A stretch of 64,000 nt of DNA from Methanobacteriota archaeon (GTDB taxonomy: Archaea; Halobacteriota; Bog-38; Methanoflorentales; Methanoflorentaceae), in the NCBI GenBank assembly GCA_963720465.1, contig OY970393.1, positions 1,952,001-2,016,000 on the forward strand, read 5' to 3'. Position 1 is the stretch's first letter. Each line of letters opens with the position of its first letter. Positions 31,214-39,820 of the stretch are shown piece after piece. The notes below the pieces were generated by a model. The model saw nothing but the letters and a program-made list of their open reading frames with translations. It was not told the origin of the DNA and did not search any database. The translations under genes and the position numbers were made by a program.

Positions 31214-32383
31214 CAAATCCTCCCTGTTTTCAATTCCTGTGCACTGACGATCTTACGTCTGCCGTCCTTTATCACGGTCACCCGATCAGGTACAGCTAAA
31301 GCAGGGATCGATTGATGCGGCGATGATAGGGATATCGGCTACTTGACATCCGATGAACTTCGGCACGTAGGAGGGGATATTGGCGAGCGTCGGGGATCTG
31401 ATTTTTATTCGCTCGAAGAATCTCGTGCCATTTGTCTCGGTGTAGTGGATGAGTTCACCACGGGGGGCTTCAACTCGACCAACGCTCCGCCCTGGCGGTA
31501 TCTCATGGTCCTCAACTTGGAGCGCCCCCTCAGGCAGGTTCGCGATAAGCTCCTTAGTGAGCTGAATTGATTGTTTGAGTTCTGCTAAGCGCACCAGTGC
31601 CTGAGCCACGACATCTCCGTCTTTCGCTATCTGTGGCTCGAGATCGAAATCGCCGTACGCTGCGTACTTGCACATCACTCGCGTGTCTTCGGGAACGCCG
31701 CTCGCACGTGCATTCGGGCCCACTGCCCCTAGACGGATCGCGTCCTCTTTGCTCAGGCAGCCGACGCCCTTGCCTCGTTCTGCGATGCTGCTGTCTTTTA
31801 GAACTGCTTTAGTGATCTTCTCGGCAGTGGTGTCGAGATAGCCGAGGACACCGAGCGCGGAGCGTGCTTGTTCATCGGAGATATTCCACTTGACGCCGCC
31901 AATTTTATTGCATCCGTGCATGACCCTGTTCCCGCTCAGCATTTCGAAGAGATCCATCACCTTTTCCCGCTCGCGCCAGGTGTACATGAACAAGGTATGA
32001 TAGCCGATCTCTTCACCTGCAATTCCCGCCCACAGCATGTGCGAGTGAATCCGCTCGAGCTCTGCGTAAATGGTCCTTATGTATTTTGCTCTCTCGGGCA
32101 CCTCGATATCAGCGATGTCTTCAACGCGTTCGACGTGGTTTAGTGGGTGGGCGTGTGAACAGATGCCGCAGATGCGTTCAACGAGATATACGATCTTAGA
32201 AAATGGCCGCTCTTGGCAGAGTCGTTCGATGCTGCGGTGGTTGTAGCCGATTTCATAGTCGACGTCGACCACCTTCTCGCCCTCTACCTCAAACAAGAAC
32301 CTCGCAGGCTCCTCCAAGGCGGGGTGGCTTGGCCCGATGGGGACCTTCAACTTCGCAAAGCCGCGATCGTTAACCTCTGCCAC
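31213..32383 (-). CDS. Group-4 [NiFe]-hydrogenase large subunit (EchE/HycE-like); +1 frameshift at the C-terminus
   Basis: GPSHP, ERICGICSHAH, EAPRGE and DPCFSCT, then TGA at 31286-31288; the +1 frame continues DRVTVIKDG...GRI to a TGA overlapping the next ATG. Confidence 0.9.
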
Positions 32384-32385
32384 GG

Positions 32386-32784
32386 TTACACCCTCCGAAG
32401 TGGCGGCGTCGGATCGCTATATTTCGGGGGCAGTTCGAGCGGCCTTGAATCAGGAATCCCGATCACGTTGATGCCAAGCAAGCCGATGAGCTCTCGCTCA
32501 TAGAGTAACGCGGCCACAAAGTGGTTGGTAATCGTCGGGACGTTTGGATTGTCATAGGAGAGGTCCACGATGATGGTGTGCAGCTGTGCCGATAGGGCAA
32601 AGTGGTACAGCACTTCGAGATGATCTCGTGCATCTTTGCCGGTAATGGTGCCTAGTCGTGCCCCCTCCTGCTTAAGAAATGAGAGTGCCGCATCGAGGTC
32701 GTTGAGGGCGACACGGTAGTATGAGTTTAAACCCTTGTGACTCGACTCTGTGACCGGTACTACATCTTCAAGCGGTCGCTTCAT
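32386..32784 (-). CDS. Group-4 hydrogenase subunit (NuoC/EchD-like)
   Basis: RL.TITG.D, VLYHF and A.LYERE...LLGI...G.PD motifs. Confidence 0.88.
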   Translation of the reverse strand: MKRPLEDVVPVTESSHKGLNSYYRVALNDLDAALSFLKQEGARLGTITGKDARDHLEVLYHFALSAQLHTIIVDLSYDNPNVPTITNHFVAALLYERELIGLLGINVIGIPDSRPLELPPKYSDPTPPLRRV

Positions 32785-33299
32785 CTTCCTGCCTCGGGAA
32801 CGTTATCTGATGACTGGAACTTCGGATCGATGACCGTCTCCTTTGACATCGCTTCGTCAAATCGTGTCGTAGGTCGAGCGCCTTTGCCTTTTCTCTTTGA
32901 GTCGAGCATCTTTGCTGCGGTTCGAATGCCTGATAGAATGTTGAGCGGTCTAGGAGGGCAGCCCATGACGTAGACGTCGACGGGGATGACCGTGTCAAGC
33001 GGCCCCGTTAATGAATACCCACCGTCAAAGATTCCGTTTGACGTGGGGCAACTCCCGACCGCAACGACGGCTTTCGGGTTTGGAATCTGGTCATAGATCA
33101 TCGTCAAGCGGTCCTCCATGCGTTTGGTAATGGGACCCGTTACCACGAGCACATCAGCGTGCCGCGGAGATCCAACGCGCAAAACGCCGTAGCGTTCCGC
33201 GCTGTACCGCGGATTTTGAATCGCAAGAACCTCGATATCGCATCCATTGCAGGATCCGGTGTTTATGAAGTAGACCCATGGTGACCTTGCTCGAAACAT
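32781..33299 (-). CDS. Group-4 hydrogenase small subunit (NuoB/EchC-like)
   Basis: SCNGCDIE, SPRHAD, GSC and GCPPRP motifs; start at ATG 33299 behind GGAGG. Confidence 0.92.
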   Translation of the reverse strand: MFRARSPWVYFINTGSCNGCDIEVLAIQNPRYSAERYGVLRVGSPRHADVLVVTGPITKRMEDRLTMIYDQIPNPKAVVAVGSCPTSNGIFDGGYSLTGPLDTVIPVDVYVMGCPPRPLNILSGIRTAAKMLDSKRKGKGARPTTRFDEAMSKETVIDPKFQSSDNVPEAGR

Positions 33300-33301
33300 G
33301 A

Positions 33302-34708
33302 TCAACCTCCTAACAGAGCGAGTGATAGCTTGTTGATTTGGTCTACGATTGCTGTCGGAAATATACCCATCAACACACAAAGAACGCTCAAGATAATTAT
33401 GGGGATTATTATATAAATAGATAGATACGACACTGCAGGCGCTTCTATCTTTTGATCGACGGTGAGGAACACCCGTTGAAAAACTTTGATATAGGCTGCA
33501 AACATTGGAAACGTGAGCACGAGCAACACCGCCGACAAGGCGGGATAGACTCCTCCCTTAGCGAATCCCGCTTGAAGGATCAAATATTCACTGATAAAGC
33601 CGTTGAGTGGCGGAATCCCCGAGAGCGCAAGCGCTCCTATCAAGAACCCTCCGGCCACGATCGGCATCTTCGTCACCAGGCCGCCAAGCCCGTTGACATT
33701 TCGTTGCTTGGTTGCCGCGATAATGGCCCCCACACAGAGGAAAAGTAGTGATTTCATAACCATGTTATTAATTATTTGAAAAATTCCTCCCGTCAGCGCA
33801 GCAGATGATCCAATACCAACCGCAAATAGTATAATTCCGGCTTGTTCTATCGATGAATAAGCGAGAAACCGCTTTAGGTCCTTCTGGGTGTACGCCATAA
33901 GGGCGCCTACGCCCACGGTAAGCACCGCGGTGACTGCGATGAACAACAGCACAACATCAAGAGCCGGGTGTAACGCAAACAAGAACCGAATGAGGATAAA
34001 CGCGGTGGCTGCCTTGACGATGCCTGCCAAAAACGCGCTGACAGGCGTCGGGGCCTCCCCGTACGTATCAGGAACCCACGAATGCATCGGAACGACGCCG
34101 ATTTTCGTTCCCAATCCTATGAACAAGAAGAGGCTCATTAAAAGAACCGCGTTGCTCGATGTGCTTCCGAAGCTTGCTATATTGAGCGTTCCGTAGTTGA
34201 GGAACATCAAGATGAGCGCGATCAGCGTGAACGAGCTTCCGATGCTGTTTAGAACGACAAATTTTGTTGCTGCCTCAAACGCACGTCCCTTTCGGTATGT
34301 CACGAGGATTGCCGTCGAAAGGGTGCTGATTTCCAAAAAGATGTACAGCGTCGCAACGTTGGTGCTGAGGACCGCAGCAGCTGTGGCACTTATGATGATC
34401 AAAAGGAGAGGATAGTAGATGCGCCCGGCGTTTTCGATGTAAGGGAGACTAAACCACGTGACAAGGGTTCCGATAACGATCACCACATACGCTATCATGA
34501 GCCCCACCGTGGACAGCCCGACCGCCGTTGCAAATGAATCGAGGCTGGCAGTCGCGCTCGTGGCGACAAACAAATTGACCGTGAAAAGGACAGCGCTTAG
34601 CGTCATCCCAATGACAGCGGCATATGCTGCCATTTTCGTTTTACGACCGAAAAGCGCGCATATCGCTGCCGTGATCAACGGAATGGCCAAGGTGTACAGG
34701 ATATACAT
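33302..34708 (-). CDS. Antiporter-like membrane subunit (MrpD/NuoM/HyfF-like)
   Basis: K.G..P.H.W.PD....AP.PVSA.L.G, KR.LAYSS and GIPPLNGF.SE motifs. Confidence 0.9.
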   Translation of the reverse strand: MYILYTLAIPLITAAICALFGRKTKMAAYAAVIGMTLSAVLFTVNLFVATSATASLDSFATAVGLSTVGLMIAYVVIVIGTLVTWFSLPYIENAGRIYYPLLLIIISATAAAVLSTNVATLYIFLEISTLSTAILVTYRKGRAFEAATKFVVLNSIGSSFTLIALILMFLNYGTLNIASFGSTSSNAVLLMSLFLFIGLGTKIGVVPMHSWVPDTYGEAPTPVSAFLAGIVKAATAFILIRFLFALHPALDVVLLFIAVTAVLTVGVGALMAYTQKDLKRFLAYSSIEQAGIILFAVGIGSSAALTGGIFQIINNMVMKSLLFLCVGAIIAATKQRNVNGLGGLVTKMPIVAGGFLIGALALSGIPPLNGFISEYLILQAGFAKGGVYPALSAVLLVLTFPMFAAYIKVFQRVFLTVDQKIEAPAVSYLSIYIIIPIIILSVLCVLMGIFPTAIVDQINKLSLALLGG

Positions 34709-34720
34709 TTAGGTTCTCCG

Positions 34721-35320
34721 CTATCCACGAAGGTTGGTCAACTTGCTGCTGTCAATGGAATCATATTCGGCGAAGTCCATGAGCGCTATCAAGGCTATTG
34801 TGAGCGTGATTAGCACCACGAACACCTCAGCGACGACGGCAAGCAGCGCCGTGTTTTCTCCCCACGCGATGAGCAGTGTTCCGATGTTTTCGAGGACGAG
34901 TATACCGAGGAGGAGCTTAAAGATGCTTCTTTGGCTCACAAGGATTAGAAAAGCGATACCGAAGAGCGCGATAAGAGCGTAGGTTTCGCTGATCCGTCCA
35001 GGCGGAAATTGCGATTGCATTGAAAAAGCTACCACGTACGAAAGTGCTACGGTCACGAGCGCCACCGAAATCATTGGCAGCGTACTAAATCGAGGCTGGG
35101 TTTGTTTTGTACGAGCGACGGCCAGCAGGATGATGATGGGAGACAGTATCCCGAGCGCCGCCTTTACGAGTGCCCCTATCACATCGTTTTCCGTAAACAG
35201 GAATGCTGCGATTATCAAGTTTAGAGCGAGGAGCGCCAACGTTGACCATTTATCGCTTAAGATCACGATGAGAATCGCGCATATCACCCACAGGATACCA
35301 AACGCAAGTACTGTCTCCAT
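34721..35320 (-). CDS. HyfE-like (NuoK-related) membrane subunit
   Basis: ~6 TMs; K.LLG.LVLEN motif; C-terminal L..LRG. Confidence 0.75.
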   Translation of the reverse strand: METVLAFGILWVICAILIVILSDKWSTLALLALNLIIAAFLFTENDVIGALVKAALGILSPIIILLAVARTKQTQPRFSTLPMISVALVTVALSYVVAFSMQSQFPPGRISETYALIALFGIAFLILVSQRSIFKLLLGILVLENIGTLLIAWGENTALLAVVAEVFVVLITLTIALIALMDFAEYDSIDSSKLTNLRG

Positions 35321-37200
35321 TACGACCCCCTAAAAACTAGAAAAACGGCTCCCGCAAGGAGCAGCCAAACGAATATCCACGCGGCATACCTGATCACGTT
35401 TCCGTTTTGTGCTCGGCGTAGCGCTCTCGACAGCGAGTCCACGCCTCGCCCGATTGCAGCGTAGGCATAGTCAGGGTCAATCCATCGCAATCGCTCGAAC
35501 GGCTGCGTCACTTGGTAGAGAAAGTGCCTTCCAGATGCGTACACGTATCCTTCAGGCAGCTCGTATCCCGCTCCGAAAAGCTGTTTGGATGTTGGAGCGG
35601 TCTCACGAGGTCGCCGCGTTAGGAATTCGTTAAGGATTAGACCGGCAAGTATAGCCGTCAAAAGGAGAATCGCCGCCAGGGCGGGGGCGAAACTGGATAC
35701 GCCTGGTATTTCGATATTAGTGAGCACGATCGCGGACTGCGTGACCACTGTCCCGGTGTACGGGACCTGCGCTATGATGGCGAGGGGGTATTGCGCGAAG
35801 ATCCCCAAAGCGACGCACCCCGCCGCAAGGATTACCTGTGGCACCCACATCGTGGCGGGCGCCTCGTGTGCGCCTTCCAAGTCGGCCGGAAGCTGACCGT
35901 AGAATACGCTAATCGTCGCGCGGAAGATGTAGCCTGCAGAGAGCACGCTCCCTGCCAGTACCACAATCACGAAGACCTGCAAGCCCGCAGTCGTCGTGGC
36001 GATGCTGCTCGAGTAAATGAGCCACTTGCTTACAAAGCCGACAAGGGGCGGCACGCCTGCTAGTGTCACGGCGGCGATGGTGAATGAAGCGGCGGTATAC
36101 GGCATCTTTCTCGATAGGCCGCCCAGCTTGTTGAGATCCATCGTATGTGCGGTGTGATCAACGGACCCCGCTCCTAGAAACAGACAGGCCTTAAAAAAGC
36201 CGTGCGCGAGGAATTGCATTAATCCCGCGACGAGCCCTATCGGTCCAAAGCTGAATGCAAGGAACATGAATCCCAGGTTTGTGATGGTGCTGTACGCGAG
36301 GACCTCCTTCAGGTCGTTAGCGCGCATTGCGAAGGTAGCGGCCAACACCAGCGTGAATCCGCCGATGATGGCGAGCACCCAGGGCCAGCCGCCGGTAAAC
36401 AACGGAAAGAGTCGTGCCGCGAGATACACACCAGCGGGGACCATTGCAGCGCTGTGCAACAACGCAGAAACTGGTGTGGGGCCTTGCATTGCGCTGGGCA
36501 ACCACGAGAAGAACGGCGTTTGCGCAGACTTGGCGAATATGGCGATGAGCGCGAGGGCGAGCAGAGTATTCATCTGCCACGCTGCCGGCGTCGACGTTAA
36601 CAATGCATTGATGTTAAGGCTGCCCGTCCACGCGTAGGCGCCGATCGCAAACAGCAACAATGCCTCTCCTGGTATGTGTGTAAAGAAGAAGACTTTTTTT
36701 GCGGCCTCGTTCTTTAAGGGGTCGGCATACCAGAAACCGACTAACAGGAACGAGCAAATGCCCACGATCTCCCAGCCCATGTAAAAAACGACCAGATTGG
36801 CGGCGTTGACAAGCATCAGCATTCCGCCGACGAAAAATAACATGAGGAAGTAGTAACGCCCTCTTCCGCTCTCGTTTTGCATGTAGCTATTTGAGTACCA
36901 TATGATCACGCACCCCATCAGCGCAACAACGAGCGAGAACAGAAGACTAAGCGCGTCGAATCTGAATGAAAAAAGTTGCAGATTGTTGACAGCCACGTTT
37001 GCCACGGCTGCGGTCACTGGTCCGGTGTACGCGATAGCAAGGGCTGAAGCGAAGACGAGGGTAATCAGCGCAATAAGGGTAGAAACGTAGTCCACAATTT
37101 TTGACTGCGTGAAGCCGCCGAGAATTAGAGGCACAAGCGAAAACACGGTAGGAGTGAATATCAAGGCGAGCAGAAGGTACGACGTCGATAAACCATCCAT
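35320..37200 (-). CDS. Antiporter-like membrane subunit (MrpA/NuoL/EchA-like)
   Basis: GWE.VG.CSF.L.GFW, KSAQ.PF..WLP.AM.GPTPVSALLHSA and LAYST motifs. Confidence 0.92.
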   Translation of the reverse strand: MDGLSTSYLLLALIFTPTVFSLVPLILGGFTQSKIVDYVSTLIALITLVFASALAIAYTGPVTAAVANVAVNNLQLFSFRFDALSLLFSLVVALMGCVIIWYSNSYMQNESGRGRYYFLMLFFVGGMLMLVNAANLVVFYMGWEIVGICSFLLVGFWYADPLKNEAAKKVFFFTHIPGEALLLFAIGAYAWTGSLNINALLTSTPAAWQMNTLLALALIAIFAKSAQTPFFSWLPSAMQGPTPVSALLHSAAMVPAGVYLAARLFPLFTGGWPWVLAIIGGFTLVLAATFAMRANDLKEVLAYSTITNLGFMFLAFSFGPIGLVAGLMQFLAHGFFKACLFLGAGSVDHTAHTMDLNKLGGLSRKMPYTAASFTIAAVTLAGVPPLVGFVSKWLIYSSSIATTTAGLQVFVIVVLAGSVLSAGYIFRATISVFYGQLPADLEGAHEAPATMWVPQVILAAGCVALGIFAQYPLAIIAQVPYTGTVVTQSAIVLTNIEIPGVSSFAPALAAILLLTAILAGLILNEFLTRRPRETAPTSKQLFGAGYELPEGYVYASGRHFLYQVTQPFERLRWIDPDYAYAAIGRGVDSLSRALRRAQNGNVIRYAAWIFVWLLLAGAVFLVFRGS

Positions 37201-37203
37201 ATG

Positions 37204-37224
37204 ACGACTCCGGTTGCGGGTCGT
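37204..37224 (-). promoter_or_regulatory. 5'-UTR hairpin covering the GGAG Shine-Dalgarno of the first hydrogenase gene
   Basis: On the minus strand ACGACCCG-CAAC-CGGAGTCGT, 3 nt before the ATG; TTTAATA TATA-like box near 37243-37249. Confidence 0.35.
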
Positions 37225-37334
37225 ATAGATGTGATGGTTGCTTATTAAACTGACGCTTTTTTACGCGAGCACCGCGCTCGGTTCGAAAGCGGCAGTAATC
37301 GCGGTGCGGTCATATTGCCGGTAAAAGCTCTCAG

Positions 37335-37700
37335 ATGCGCTATCATTATATCAATGATATCAACGCCAAAAGCAACGACGACGGTAAAACAAATGACGCC
37401 AACACCATCGCTGGCAGTAACATCCCCACGAAGGCCAAGGCAACCTCGACGCCCCGTCTACTAGTAGCTTCTAAGCAGGCATCCGGTCAGCCAAGTGCCT
37501 CAGGCTCGAATTCCCCGATAGCTGCGAAAAGTGCGTCTCCAATGCCTGACGATGCATCGATGCTGGGAACGTCTGTACCAGCAGCTCAAACGAGCGGTGT
37601 TGCAAGCTTACCCTCGCAGCCGGTTCCAGAATTCTCGCTGCTTGGGCTCGGAATACCGGCACTTGTCGCCGGGTCCATATATCTGCCTATCAAGCGGTAA
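37335..37700 (+). CDS. Low-complexity S/A/P/T protein with PEF-CTERM sorting signal (possibly truncated)
   Basis: Ends PVPEF + hydrophobic segment + KR; no signal peptide. Confidence 0.6.
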   Translation: MRYHYINDINAKSNDDGKTNDANTIAGSNIPTKAKATSTPRLLVASKQASGQPSASGSNSPIAAKSASPMPDDASMLGTSVPAAQTSGVASLPSQPVPEFSLLGLGIPALVAGSIYLPIKR

Positions 37701-37922
37701 ATGATCCCTACACGGGATCCTTCTTTTTCTCATTTAAGGTAAGGCGTCAGCGCTTTAAAACCTCGTCATTATGAGGGTGTTTTGCATCGAATTGCTGCGG
37801 TTTTACTGTTTTTGGAACGTCGCGCATAGTCGAGGCGCCGGCAGGGTTGCGGATACAATAGCCAAAGTGGAACAAAGGTTTTATAAACGCATCTTAACCA
37901 ATCTATCCAAACGGGTTTTTCA

Positions 37923-38591
37923 ATGCGCATAACCTTGCTTGGTGGTACGGGAAACATCGGAGAGGGACTGGCGCTTCGCTGGGCTCCAAAACACGACGTG
38001 GTCATAGGATCACGAAGCGCTGAAAAAGCTGAGGAAGCTGCACTTTCCTGCGAAGCGCGATTACTCAACGAAGGCATTACGTGCGAACTGTACGGGGAAG
38101 AAAACGTTCAAGCCATAGAACATAGCGATGTGGTAGTGATTGCACTGCAGTATCAGTTTGCAATCCCCACGGCGGTTGCGATCAAAGATCAGCTAGCGGG
38201 TAACGCAATAGTCGTATCTCCGGTCGTGCCAATGACTAAAGATGGGTTCTTGCGCTACGTGCCCGCCGACAAGTATGGAAGCGCTGCCGTTGAGATGCAA
38301 GATATTCTTTCGAACAATAATGTCGTTTCAGCGTTTCACACGACGCCTGCGGCACGTCTGATTGATCTCAAAGACAAGCTCGGCCTAGACGTTCTTGTGT
38401 GTGGCTCTGAACAGCCGAAGGCAACCGTTATGGAGCTCATTAAGGACATAGAGGGACTTACTCCCTTCGATGCTGGGCCACTTGAAGCATCATCTATGGT
38501 CGAATCGATAACGCCTCTTTTGATAAACGTATCAGCGCGAAACCGGCTAAAGAACAGTTCCATTCGCATAATTGGGCAGAGCGTTGAATGA
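37923..38591 (+). CDS. npdG: NADPH-dependent F420 reductase
   Basis: GGTGNIGEGLALR, IGSR..EKA, SAA, VSAFH and DAGPL..S..VES.TPLLIN motifs. Confidence 0.93.
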   Translation: MRITLLGGTGNIGEGLALRWAPKHDVVIGSRSAEKAEEAALSCEARLLNEGITCELYGEENVQAIEHSDVVVIALQYQFAIPTAVAIKDQLAGNAIVVSPVVPMTKDGFLRYVPADKYGSAAVEMQDILSNNNVVSAFHTTPAARLIDLKDKLGLDVLVCGSEQPKATVMELIKDIEGLTPFDAGPLEASSMVESITPLLINVSARNRLKNSSIRIIGQSVE

Positions 38592-38630
38592 GTGCTGGTC
38601 TTCTCATAGAGGGCGCCGTTCGTACCTTCT

Positions 38631-38996
38631 ATGAAGACAGCTTCATTACTTGGGCCCTATGAGCAGGCCGCCGGTCCTGTACCCAGTGCAATCTGCCAGC
38701 CGAGGAATGTCCAGTCAGCTGCACAAGTGCCCCCTTCGAGTAGTCCACAAATAGCTTACAGTGAGAAAAGCACGGGAGAAAGGATGCAAACGCTCGGTAG
38801 GACATTAACTCTGTATCTGACTGGATTCATAATTGTCTTGATATTGCTTGTTTTGTTTTTCCCGCTCGGCTTAATTGCATTCTTAATTTGGCTATCTTTA
38901 TCTACCGTTCAAGGCCCAAGAAGTAGAGGAGATATGCTGCCAGATAAATCGGTGAGATTATGCAACTTATCAGAAAATCAAAGGTTACCAAACTAA
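38631..38996 (+). CDS. Small membrane protein (start may be ATG 38784)
   Basis: Hydrophobic hairpin LYLTGFIIVLILLVLFFPLGLIAFLIWL. Confidence 0.5.
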   Translation: MKTASLLGPYEQAAGPVPSAICQPRNVQSAAQVPPSSSPQIAYSEKSTGERMQTLGRTLTLYLTGFIIVLILLVLFFPLGLIAFLIWLSLSTVQGPRSRGDMLPDKSVRLCNLSENQRLPN

Positions 38997-39384
38997 ATGC
39001 CAAAACAGGCATTATCTACCCCCTCATTAGGTTGTCTAAAATCTATGCAGGCGAAATTGGCAAGACGGCCGAGATTTTTGAAAGCAAGCTCGAGAACAAG
39101 CGAGCACTAGTCCTCACTTTCGACGAACAAGCCGAAACAGGTTCTGAAGTTATACAACTTTTGCCTAAAGTTATACAACTAGATTGTCAGGAAGACCTAG
39201 AAGCTCGCCCCGTGAACTCGAATCACGAATCGCGGAGCTTAAATCACTTCTTCTCGAAAACAAAAATCAAAAAGCCCTCCCCAGAGCCAGTTATTTCGTC
39301 AAAGCACCCCAGAAAAAGCATGGGCTCGGCCGGATTCGAACCGGCGACCTCCGCCGTGTGAAGGCGACGTCACAAATGGCCTAG
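38960..39384 (+). pseudogene. Integrase-N-like ORF reading antisense through a tRNA-derived att site; frameshifted
   Basis: AbrB-like YPLIRL N-terminus; frame change near CCCC 39208-39211 restores coiled-coil RELESRIAELKSLL, then GLGRIRTGDLRRVKATS encoded by the tRNA antisense. Confidence 0.6.
39321..39372 (-). mobile_element. 3' fragment of tRNA-Val(CAC); att-site-like
   Basis: Minus strand TGACGTCGCC-TTCACAC-GGCGGAGGTCGCCGG-TTCGAAT-CCGGCCGAGCCCA gives anticodon arm, T arm and 3' acceptor strand; the 5' GGGCTCG strand is absent. Confidence 0.85.
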
Positions 39385-39820
39385 TCCGAAGACGGAAATG
39401 CGCGCACAATGCGTACTTACCTGGACAAACAACACTTTTTTATCCTCCCCGCGTAATCCGCCATATAGCTAACTCCGGCGCGAATGCACAGCGACTCCCA
39501 TTTTTAGAGGGGCACGGCGGTGACGCTGCGTGCAGTGGCGCAAAGACGCACGATCCAAGCGCACAATAAAGACCCGCGTACAAAGGCCACGCCGTGAGAA
39601 AGGGGATTCCTTTTTCTGCCAGAGATAAAAGTGGATCGGTCGAATCGTTTGTGCTGTGCCTCGGTTTTTGCTGGGCGATGGCGCACGGTGAACAAAAAGT
39701 AGAACCCCACGCACGTGAATCAGACTTATGAACTTGCTCATCAAAGATTTGGCGACCGCGTAACAACTGCTAACCCGATCAGAATCCAGATACAGCAACG
39801 CATAGCAGATTTTCTGAGGC

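Noticed and set aside
31286-31288. TGA as selenocysteine in the hydrogenase large subunit
   Set aside because: It is not at a Cys position (both Cys are already encoded), and in-frame readthrough gives non-conserved sequence while the +1 frame gives the expected DR
39321-39395. Functional full-length tRNA-Val
   Set aside because: The 5' acceptor strand and D arm cannot pair; only the 3' 52 nt match
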